Of a stretch of 64,000 nucleotides of DNA, positions 29,890 to 37,462 are shown piece after piece (positions within the stretch are counted from its first letter, which is position 1; every line of letters begins with the position of its first letter). The translations under genes were made by a program, and so were the position numbers. Origin of the DNA: Candidatus Collierbacteria bacterium RIFOXYD2_FULL_45_13 (GTDB lineage: Bacteria; Patescibacteriota; Microgenomatia; UBA1400; MFAQ01); assembly GCA_001774685.1 (NCBI GenBank), contig MFAS01000001.1, forward strand, positions 159,557 through 223,556, given 5' to 3'. The notes beneath the pieces were generated by a model. The model was not told where the DNA came from. It ran no database searches and saw only the letters and a list, made by a program, of their open reading frames with translations.

Positions 29890-30217
29890 AATCTGTTTAA
29901 GTTATTTGTTATTTCTTTACTGTTATATTGTTTTATTTAAATAAAAACAGTAGTGAATAGTAGTAGAAGTGGTGGACAAGTGGACAATAGCTTTACCACT
30001 TGCCTACTTTCTCTGTTGTTAATCTTTTATCGACTCTTACATCCACCCTTTCTATTCAAAAGTCAACAAATCCCTTCTTGACCGATTGCTATCAACTCTC
30101 TTTCTGTGTGGATTCTTTTCTGAATAACTTGATTGCTTATCCACCCATTTCTAAACAATCTAATACTTCTTCACAGTTGTTGAAGATATCCACAGAGCGT
30201 GGATAAGATGTGGATAG
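29890..30217. other. Putative oriC (AT-rich DUE, DnaA-trios, DnaA boxes) between dnaA and dnaN
   Basis: AT-rich tract, then TAGTAGTAGAAG (29958-29969) abutting tandem GTGGACAA boxes (29971-29987); further boxes TTATCCACC, TATCCACA, GTGGATAA, TGTGGATAG up to 30217. Confidence 0.8.
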
Positions 30218-31597
30218 TTAAGTGTATAACGCTTGCTTCAAAGCCATCACCTTTCGCCGTATATCCATGTTTTTTTCAATTTCCAGTTCCATTTTATCGC
30301 ATGCATGCATGACAGTGGTGTGATCTCGACCTCCCATTAGTTCTGCCACCTCCGTTAAGTTTAGTTTTAATGTTTCTCTCAGAATGTACATCGCGATATG
30401 TCTCGCCACTACCAAGTCAGCCTTCCGGCTTTCTCCTAAAAGATCTTTGTTTCTAAAATCAAAATACTTAGCCACAGTCGAAATTACCTTGATCGGTCGC
30501 ACCTTAATATCTTTCACTGTATTGGCCGGGAGTCCCATCGTCTGCTGAACCATCTCTCTCGTCAAGACTCCTCCGTCAATACTGGCTCCTGTTGCCAGTC
30601 TGACAAAGGTACCCTCAAGCTCGCGGGCGTTCGTTGGGAAACTATTAGCAATCAGTTCAAAGGCACTATCCTCAACCTCAGCTTTAATATCCAGCGCCCG
30701 CTGGCGCAATATCGCCACTCTCATTTCATAATCCGGTAATCCAATGTCCACCATCATTCCTCCAAGGAACCTGCTTCGCAGTCTATCCTCCAAACCGACA
30801 ATCTCCTGAGGCTTCCGGTCACTTGTCATGATGATCTGTGCTTGTTTATTTGTCAGCTCGTTAAAAGTATGGAAAAACTCTTCTTGAGTTGAATCCTTTC
30901 CACCAAAGAATTGGACATCGTCTACTAGTAGCGCTCCCACTTGCCGGTATTTCTTTTTAAAGGCATCCGTCATTTTTGATTTGAAAGAACCAACCAGGTC
31001 GTTAGTAAATTGCTCACTGGTCACACAGACTACTTTACCAACTCCTTTTCTGACTAGTTCGTGCCCTACAGCATGCATCAAATGTGTCTTCCCTACTCCG
31101 ACCCCTCCATAGATAAATAGTGGATTGTGTCTGGTGCCCGGGTAATCTACCACTGCTTTGGCCGCCGCAAAAGCTAAGCGGTTCGAACTCCCCACCATAT
31201 ATGATTCAAAGACGTAACGCGGGTTTAGATTAGTTCCTGTTTGTCTATTCTCTTCCGGCGGAGTAAAAAGTCCAATATTTGTCTCCCTAATCTCAGAGTC
31301 TTTAAGCTCTTTCTTACTGGCCTCAACTTCTCTTGTTGCCTCTACCACAACCAAGGCCATATCACATTTCTTGCCGGTGATCTTCTCCGCTGCCTGTTTG
31401 ATAATGCTGTAATACTTGGTTTCAATGGTGTGGCTTAAGAACATCGAAGAGGCCGCCAGTTCTAAAAGAAGTCTTTGTTCGTCAATTGGTGTCACCGATC
31501 TGAGAAAACAAGGCTTGATAAAGCCCGCAAAACTGGCGGGAGACATGGAAACACCTAACTCGCCGCAAATGCTATGCCACAACTTCTCACTGTCCAT
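30218..31597 (-). CDS. dnaA: Chromosomal replication initiator DnaA
   Basis: NPLFIYGGVGVGKTHL, LLVDDVQF, QEEFFHTFN, GGRDHTTVMHA; start reassigned to MDSEKLW. Confidence 0.97.
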   Translation of the reverse strand: MDSEKLWHSICGELGVSMSPASFAGFIKPCFLRSVTPIDEQRLLLELAASSMFLSHTIETKYYSIIKQAAEKITGKKCDMALVVVEATREVEASKKELKDSEIRETNIGLFTPPEENRQTGTNLNPRYVFESYMVGSSNRLAFAAAKAVVDYPGTRHNPLFIYGGVGVGKTHLMHAVGHELVRKGVGKVVCVTSEQFTNDLVGSFKSKMTDAFKKKYRQVGALLVDDVQFFGGKDSTQEEFFHTFNELTNKQAQIIMTSDRKPQEIVGLEDRLRSRFLGGMMVDIGLPDYEMRVAILRQRALDIKAEVEDSAFELIANSFPTNARELEGTFVRLATGASIDGGVLTREMVQQTMGLPANTVKDIKVRPIKVISTVAKYFDFRNKDLLGESRKADLVVARHIAMYILRETLKLNLTEVAELMGGRDHTTVMHACDKMELEIEKNMDIRRKVMALKQALYT

Positions 31598-31614
31598 ACG
31601 CCCATTCTCACTAC

Positions 31615-31668
31615 TTATCCACATTTTTACAACCCCCAATTTACCCAAAAAGAATAATACTATCCACA
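31615..31668. promoter_or_regulatory. DnaA boxes upstream of dnaA (autoregulation / bipartite origin)
   Basis: Perfect TTATCCACA 31615-31623 and CTATCCACA 31660-31668. Confidence 0.75.
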
Positions 31669-31721
31669 TCACCTCCTTTGAGGGTATAATGTCCTGTTCC
31701 CATCAATGTTAAAATAATCAT

Positions 31722-31859
31722 ATGCCCAAAAGAGTCTACCAACCCAAAAAAGTCAAACGTATTAGAAAACACGGTTTTCGTATTAAGATGGCCAGTGCCT
31801 CAGGTCGTAATGTCATCAAACGCCGACGTGCTAAGGGTCGAACCAAGTTAGCGCTCTAA
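31722..31859 (+). CDS. rpmH: 50S ribosomal protein L34 (not in ORF track)
   Basis: [45 protein letters not shown]. Confidence 0.97.
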   Translation: MPKRVYQPKKVKRIRKHGFRIKMASASGRNVIKRRRAKGRTKLAL

Positions 31860-31860
31860 C

Positions 31861-32250
31861 ATGCCACTTCCGGCCATAAACCGGCTTCCCTTACGCAAAG
31901 AAAGAGATCGTCTCACCCGTGAAGGAAAATCTTTCCACACCCGCCACTTCACCCTCGTCACCGCCCCTATCCCCGTCATCCCGATCTCTTCGTCATTGCG
32001 AGGAGGCAAAGCCGACGTGGCAATCTCACTCCATCAAGTTCCCCGCTTCTCCATCCTGCTCTCCAAAAAAACCGCCCGTCTCGCCGTCGACCGCAATCAA
32101 ATCAAGCGTGTCACCTCTGCTCTCCTGGCCGAACTCCACTCCCAATTCCCTTCAGCCGACTACCTGGTCATCCCCAAACGTTCCGTCCTCAACACCCCTC
32201 ACTCAGATCTTCTCTCCGACCTCTCCTCCCTCCTCCCCAAGCTCAAATAG
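31861..32250 (+). CDS. rnpA: RNase P protein component with in-frame repeat insertion
   Basis: RFSILLSKK...AVDRNQIKR (RNR motif); follows rpmH. Confidence 0.9.
   Translation: MPLPAINRLPLRKERDRLTREGKSFHTRHFTLVTAPIPVIPISSSLRGGKADVAISLHQVPRFSILLSKKTARLAVDRNQIKRVTSALLAELHSQFPSADYLVIPKRSVLNTPHSDLLSDLSSLLPKLK
31991..32033. repeat. GTCATTGCGAG palindromic element, copy 2, inside rnpA
   Basis: CGTCATTGCGAGGAGGCAAAGCCGACGTGGCAATCTCACTCCA; translates as SSLRGGKADVAISLH. Confidence 0.85.
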
Positions 32251-32358
32251 TTACATCCTCCGACCTCTCCCTGACATCCCATAACTATCTTTTTGCCCGA
32301 TTTGAAGGTACAATCCCCTCTTAGAACGCATCCGCACTCTAAAAAGGAGAATTTACCC

Positions 32359-32776
32359 ATGTCATGGATTGACGACGCCAAAAAACAAGCCGAGCTCAAG
32401 CACATTCAGGAAAGTTATTCCCGAAGATATTGAAGCCATCGAAAAAGTATTAGAAAAATCAAAGGATGAAGGAATAATAATAGTTTCCGTCAAAATGGGA
32501 CGAAGTGGAGATGGTAGTCTTCGAGAAGTTGGAAATTTTGAGCAACTGAGGCATCGTGGTACAAGTATGGGTAGTGATATGGGCGAATCTGACTACGATT
32601 ACACTAGTTGCTTAGTCATTCAATGGAATTTGAGATTTAGAAATGAGAACGGATCTTTCTGCGAGAAGGAATTAAATTTGGGTATAAATTGTGAAGATAA
32701 CACTTTTGTACCAACAATGACCGCAAAAGAATTTGAGGAAGAAATACGGAAATGGCTTGTCAGCATATTTTATTAA
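32359..32776 (+). pseudogene. Orphan gene, apparently frameshifted near its 5' end
   Basis: SD AAGGAG precedes ATG 32359 (24 codons, TGA at 32431); the long 135-codon frame is +1 and starts only at TTG 32369. Confidence 0.45.
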
Positions 32777-32829
32777 CAACAAAACTACCAACAGGGTTCA
32801 CCACCTTGTTTTTTTATTGTCAAGAACCC

Positions 32830-32930
32830 GTCATTTCGACCGAAGTGGAGAAATCTCAAAGTATTCGCATCAAAATGGAGTGAGATCTTCCCCTACGGGG
32901 ATCAACGAGACTCACTAAACTCGAGATGAC
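32830..32930. repeat. ~100-bp inverted-repeat (REPIN-like) element of GTCAT type
   Basis: Starts GTCATTTCGA, ends TCGAGATGAC (rc GTCATCTCGA); inner GAAATCTCA/TGAGATCTTC arms. Confidence 0.7.
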
Positions 32931-33000
32931 AAATAAATAATACTTAACTCCAATAATGCTAATTATTGACTTCGGGTATCTTATGGCATAAATTAAATAT

Positions 33001-33837
33001 ATGCCCAAAAAAGTAATTGATCCTACCAAGATCGCTATTTTTCAGAAGAAAGAAATCCGCAAAACCATTTACAAAAACGAATGGTGGTTTGTGATTACTG
33101 ATATTGTAGTGGCCTTAACCGATTCCGTTCAACCTGTCGGATATATAAAAGATATGCGACGCAGAGATGAACAACTCTCCAAAGGGTGGGGGCAGATCGC
33201 CACCCCCCTTTCAATCGCAACCAGTGGAGGTAATCAAAAGATAAATTGTGCCAATACAGAAGGCATCTTCCGAATCATCCAATCGATCCCCTCTCCCAAA
33301 GCCGAACCATTCAAGCGTTGGCTGGCCAAAGTCGGCTACGAAAGAATCCAAGAAATAGAAGATCCGGAACTCGCCCAAAAAAGAGCCAGAGCCATTTACA
33401 AAGCCAAAGGCTACCCCGATAGTTGGATAGAAAAACGCATAAGGTCAATCGCTATTCGTGAAGATCTCACCGAACAATGGGAAATTCACGGAGTCAATCT
33501 CCAAAAGGAATATGCCATTCTTACGGCCGAAATCTCCCAAGCCGCTTTTGGAGTCACTCCCTCACAACACAAACAGATAAAGGGATTGGAAAGACAAAAT
33601 CTCCGGGATCACATGTCCGACCTGGAACTACTCTTCTCCATGCTAGGGGAAGCTTCCACTACCGCCATTACCAAGACCGAACACCCCAAAGGTTTCACCG
33701 AAAACAAAAAGGTCTCTCGTCGAGGTGGAAAGATCGCCGGAGATGCTCGGGTAAACCTGGAAAAAGAAATCGGCCAGAGTGTTGTCACACCCAAAAACTT
33801 CCTCCCCAATCAAAATGACAAAAAGAAACTAAAATAA
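33001..33837 (+). CDS. Bro-N domain protein (antirepressor-like)
   Basis: IR....NEWWF...DIV..LT, FRIIQSIPSPKAEPFKRWLA, NLRDHMSDLEL. Confidence 0.9.
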   Translation: MPKKVIDPTKIAIFQKKEIRKTIYKNEWWFVITDIVVALTDSVQPVGYIKDMRRRDEQLSKGWGQIATPLSIATSGGNQKINCANTEGIFRIIQSIPSPKAEPFKRWLAKVGYERIQEIEDPELAQKRARAIYKAKGYPDSWIEKRIRSIAIREDLTEQWEIHGVNLQKEYAILTAEISQAAFGVTPSQHKQIKGLERQNLRDHMSDLELLFSMLGEASTTAITKTEHPKGFTENKKVSRRGGKIAGDARVNLEKEIGQSVVTPKNFLPNQNDKKKLK

Positions 33838-33970
33838 TCAGTCATTCCCGACCTGAGTGGGCCTCTGCTACCCGAAGAGGTAACTCTATACAAATTACTC
33901 CAAAAATTTGATTTTTTGAGTTCTTCCGCAACACAAATGTAAAATATACAATGTAAAATCTAAAATATTT

Positions 33971-34222
33971 ATGATTTCTTTTTACCAAAAATATATCTCT
34001 CCCTATTACCACACACTAGGCCACGCTCTATTTGGCAATTCCTTTGCCTGTCGCTTCTCCCCTACCTGCTCCGAGTATGCCAAAGAATCCTACCGCCTTC
34101 ATGGTATCATTATCGGGACAAAACTCAGTCTCGGCCGTTTTCTCCGTTGTCAACCCTTTAGTAAAGGAGGAATCGACCCCGTCCCACCCCGCCAAGCGGC
34201 AGGGCCTGCTAAAATCAAATAA
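33971..34222 (+). CDS. yidD: Membrane protein insertion efficiency factor
   Basis: YQKYISP...CRFSPTCSEY...RFLRCQPFSKGGIDPVP. Confidence 0.93.
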   Translation: MISFYQKYISPYYHTLGHALFGNSFACRFSPTCSEYAKESYRLHGIIIGTKLSLGRFLRCQPFSKGGIDPVPPRQAAGPAKIK

Positions 34223-34224
34223 CT

Positions 34225-34962
34225 ATGCTCGCACCAATTAACTACGTCCTCTATCAAATCCTAGTCTTCTTTTATAGTCTTTTTGGTGGCAATCTCGGTT
34301 TGCCTATTATCGCCATCACCCTTATCACCAAATTCCTATTAATCCCCTTCGTTCTTCCTTCGATGAAGTCTGCGAAAAAAATGCAGGAACTCAAGCCGGC
34401 TTTGGATAGACTCAAAGAAAAGCACAAGGACAAAAAAAAACTCCAAGTGGCTCAAATGGCACTCTACAAAGAGCAAGGTATCAACCCTGCCGCCGGCTGT
34501 CTACCTCAGATAGTTCAAATTATCATTCTTATTTCCCTCTACCAGGTCTTCATGGAGTTCATCAAACAGCCTTCCATCGGAGGTCTTCTCGTAAATCCTC
34601 ACTTCCTTTATCTGGATCTTACCAAGCCGGACCACACTTATATCATGCCTGTGCTGGCCGGAGTCACTCAATTCATCTTTTCGCTTATGATGCAGTCCGG
34701 CGTCGAGTCCCATATTCAAAACCCCAAACAGAAAGAAGAAAAGAAAAAAGAAGAGAACAGTTTGGAAATGGCCACCAGTATGCAGCAACAGATGCTCTAC
34801 ATGATGCCCGTTATGACCGTTATCATCTCCCTGAACTTCCAGTCTGGGCTTATCCTCTACTGGGTCGTCTCCACCATTTTCTCGATTGTTCAGCAATACT
34901 ACTTCTCCGGCTTGGGAGGTGTAAAACCCTTCCTTCTTAAATTAAGGATTATCAAACAGTAA
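34225..34962 (+). CDS. yidC: YidC/Oxa1 insertase (short form)
   Basis: MQELKP, LYKEQGINPAAGCLPQIVQ, GLILYWVVS..FSIVQQY. Confidence 0.93.
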   Translation: MLAPINYVLYQILVFFYSLFGGNLGLPIIAITLITKFLLIPFVLPSMKSAKKMQELKPALDRLKEKHKDKKKLQVAQMALYKEQGINPAAGCLPQIVQIIILISLYQVFMEFIKQPSIGGLLVNPHFLYLDLTKPDHTYIMPVLAGVTQFIFSLMMQSGVESHIQNPKQKEEKKKEENSLEMATSMQQQMLYMMPVMTVIISLNFQSGLILYWVVSTIFSIVQQYYFSGLGGVKPFLLKLRIIKQ

Positions 34963-34966
34963 TAAC

Positions 34967-35428
34967 ATGGACCAATCAAAGGTTACCGAAATACTTTCCA
35001 ACGTTTTAACTCAGCTGGAGCTTAACGAGGATCAAATCAAAATAGAAGTTGTCGACGAGGACAATATCAATATTCTCCTGACCCCTTCTACAGACGCCGC
35101 CGGTATCTTTGTCGGACATCATGGTGAGGGCCTGGCTTCTCTCCGCATGATTTTCTCTCTTATGATCTACCAACGCTTCAGTGTCTGGCCCAAACTTCAC
35201 ATCAACGTCAACGACTACCAGGAGCGTCGGGAAGATTCGCTCAAAGAACTCGCTCAAGACGCTGCGGATAGAGCCGTCTCTCTCCAAAAGGAAATAATCC
35301 TTCCCAACCTCAGCTCTTTCGAGCGACGCATTATCCACCTGTTTCTTGAAGAGTACAAGGGAGTCCGCACCGAGTCCCGTGGTGAAGCCCCCTACCGCCA
35401 AATGGTCATCATCCCCACCGCCGAGTAA
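34967..35428 (+). CDS. jag: Jag/KhpB-like KH+R3H RNA-binding protein
   Basis: GIFVGHHGEGLASLR; SFERRIIH R3H motif; follows yidC. Confidence 0.88.
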   Translation: MDQSKVTEILSNVLTQLELNEDQIKIEVVDEDNINILLTPSTDAAGIFVGHHGEGLASLRMIFSLMIYQRFSVWPKLHINVNDYQERREDSLKELAQDAADRAVSLQKEIILPNLSSFERRIIHLFLEEYKGVRTESRGEAPYRQMVIIPTAE

Positions 35429-35460
35429 ATATTCCTAAAATCGCGTTTTAGCATAGGTAA

Positions 35461-35617
35461 TTCACCGCAGACCATGTGCCTTCAGGAAATTATCCGGAGT
35501 CGCAAAAGCGTGGTATTTTTCTGTTAAGAAAAATTTTTGAGACGAGGCTAAAACAACCGCGAATCGCCGGAATGAGCGGATTGTGGTTTCCACGAAGGGA
35601 TATGGTCGAGAGGTGAG
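35461..35617 (+). ncRNA. ssrS: Rod-shaped RNA with central bubble, probable 6S RNA
   Basis: Nested helices TCACC/GGTGA, GACCATGT/ATATGGTC, CCTTC/GAAGG, GGAAATTAT/GTGGTTTCC (G.U pairs work only on + strand); TAGCAT -10 just upstream; CTAAAAC in apical arm. Confidence 0.65.
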
Positions 35618-35647
35618 GCAGTTCCTGACTAGGGTACAATCTGAGTA

Positions 35648-36787
35648 GTGTTTTCTACCATCTTTCTCCAACTAATTGTCTTCTTCCTTCCCACCCAACT
35701 TGGTCTTCATTTTTGGCCTGAGTTCTCCCGCGCAGCTGGAATCAAAGTCGACTATCTCTCCCCCACACTTTATCTAGTCGACCTACTACTCATTTTCTAT
35801 ATTTCTCTATCGTTCTCCTCAATCATAAAATGGATTCGGCACCATCTTTCTCCAGTTCTTATCTTCTTAGTCTTTGTTTTCGTTAACACTTTCTTTAGTA
35901 TCTCGCCTCTAAACGCTTTGTTTTGGTGGGCTCATTTAATCCTCTACACCGTCTTTTTTCTAGTCCTTCGTCTGAGAAAGGTTCGTTGGACAGATATCAA
36001 AACTCCCCTGCTCGCCTCTACACTTCTGATAATTTTTTTGGAAGTCATCCAGCTTGTAAACCAGTCCTCTGTTGGCGGACTCTTCTATTGGCTCGGAGAA
36101 CGAGCGTTTAGTACCTCCACTCCTGGGCTCGCACGAATTTCCTTCTTTGGCCACGATTTTGTTCGTGCTCCTTCAACTTTTTCCCACCCAAACTCTCTGG
36201 CTGGATACTTAATGGTTGTCTATTATTTGTTTCATGTATACAGATCCTCACTTTGGCAAAGGCTCGTGATCTTTCTCGGCCTTCTTCTGACTTTTTCAAA
36301 AGCAGCCCTATTAGCATTCCTTCTTGTTATTTCTCTTCATGCAAACCCCGTCTTTTTGATTTGGTTCTTTACTATATTCTCTTTCCTACAACCTTTTGTT
36401 TCCGCAATACCCACTTCTATTCAATTCATTTCGGATCGTGTGTTTCTCCTAACGCCAACAAAAGACATTATTCTGGAATCCTCTCTTATGGGAGTCGGTC
36501 TTGGAGGCTTCATTCCGTCTCTCGCTCTCCATCTCCCGGGATCTCATCTTTTGTCGGAAAAACTCCAACCCGTCCACAACCTTCCCCTACTCCTCCTGTC
36601 GGAAATTGGTCTGATCGGTCTCGGAATCATAATCCTTCTTATTCGGAACAAATATAAGAAAAACCACTATAAAAAGATTCTCGCCTTACTGGCTATTGTC
36701 ATAATCACCGGAGCCTTTGATCATTATTGGTGGACCTTGCCACAAAACAAGCTAATACTTCTTCTCGCAGGCGCCGTTTTGTTGTAG
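35648..36787 (+). CDS. O-antigen ligase-like (Wzy_C) membrane protein
   Basis: RAPSTFSHPNSLAGY, LLLTFSKAA, GVGLGGF, PVHNLPLLLLSEIGLIG. Confidence 0.88.
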   Translation: MFSTIFLQLIVFFLPTQLGLHFWPEFSRAAGIKVDYLSPTLYLVDLLLIFYISLSFSSIIKWIRHHLSPVLIFLVFVFVNTFFSISPLNALFWWAHLILYTVFFLVLRLRKVRWTDIKTPLLASTLLIIFLEVIQLVNQSSVGGLFYWLGERAFSTSTPGLARISFFGHDFVRAPSTFSHPNSLAGYLMVVYYLFHVYRSSLWQRLVIFLGLLLTFSKAALLAFLLVISLHANPVFLIWFFTIFSFLQPFVSAIPTSIQFISDRVFLLTPTKDIILESSLMGVGLGGFIPSLALHLPGSHLLSEKLQPVHNLPLLLLSEIGLIGLGIIILLIRNKYKKNHYKKILALLAIVIITGAFDHYWWTLPQNKLILLLAGAVLL

Positions 36788-36796
36788 ACTATGGCT

Positions 36797-37228
36797 ATGT
36801 CAAAAACGCTCGACTTTCTGGAAATCAACACCGACGGCGGATCCCGGGGAAACCCCGGACCGGCGGCTATTGGCGTCGTGGCAAAGAGTCAAGGACTGGT
36901 AATTTTCACTCTTTCTGAAAAAATAGGCGAAAACACCAATAACGTTGCCGAATACACCGCAGTTCTCCGTGCCTTGGAAAAAATAGAAGAGGATAAAATT
37001 TTTACGGAAAAAATTCGTTTCGTTCTGGACTCAGAATTAATTGTCAAACAAATCACCGGTCTCTACAAAGTCAAGCAACCACACCTCCAAGTATTACGCA
37101 AACAGATTATTGACTTGATCAAAAAGCTGAGAGACACAGGACAAATAAAATTGATGTCTTTTGTAAATGTCTTAAGGGATAGAAACAAGGAAGCTGACAG
37201 ACTTGTAAACGAAGCACTCGATAGTTAG
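36797..37228 (+). CDS. rnhA: Ribonuclease HI family protein
   Basis: TDGGSRGNPGPAAIG, TNNVAEY, DSELIVKQ..G.YKVK, NKEADRLVNEALD. Confidence 0.92.
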   Translation: MSKTLDFLEINTDGGSRGNPGPAAIGVVAKSQGLVIFTLSEKIGENTNNVAEYTAVLRALEKIEEDKIFTEKIRFVLDSELIVKQITGLYKVKQPHLQVLRKQIIDLIKKLRDTGQIKLMSFVNVLRDRNKEADRLVNEALDS

Positions 37229-37462
37229 ACTCTCAACTTTCACAAAGAAAAAATTCAGCAGAATGAGGATTCCTTGGCTATGCATAGTATGTGGACAAGT
37301 CTAATTGATCCTGTGCCCAGATTTTCACATGTAGAAAGTAAGTACAAGAAAAGGAAACACCAGGCAGAAGAGATGCAAAAAAACGAGGCTAGAAAAAAAG
37401 CAAAATAAGTAAGAACGAAAAAAAGTAAAAGTATAAAACAGGAAATCATCTATACTTAATTC

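Noticed and set aside
32278-32294. Integron attC site or sigma32 promoter for the CCCATAAC motif
   Set aside because: No matching GTTRRRY inverse core with attC hairpin, no integrase, and no correctly spaced sigma32 -35 in both copies
37226-37228. Stop-codon reassignment (TAG readthrough or code 25)
   Set aside because: TAG and TGA both terminate genes at expected positions (smpB, dnaN, groEL with TAG; pilins with TGA)
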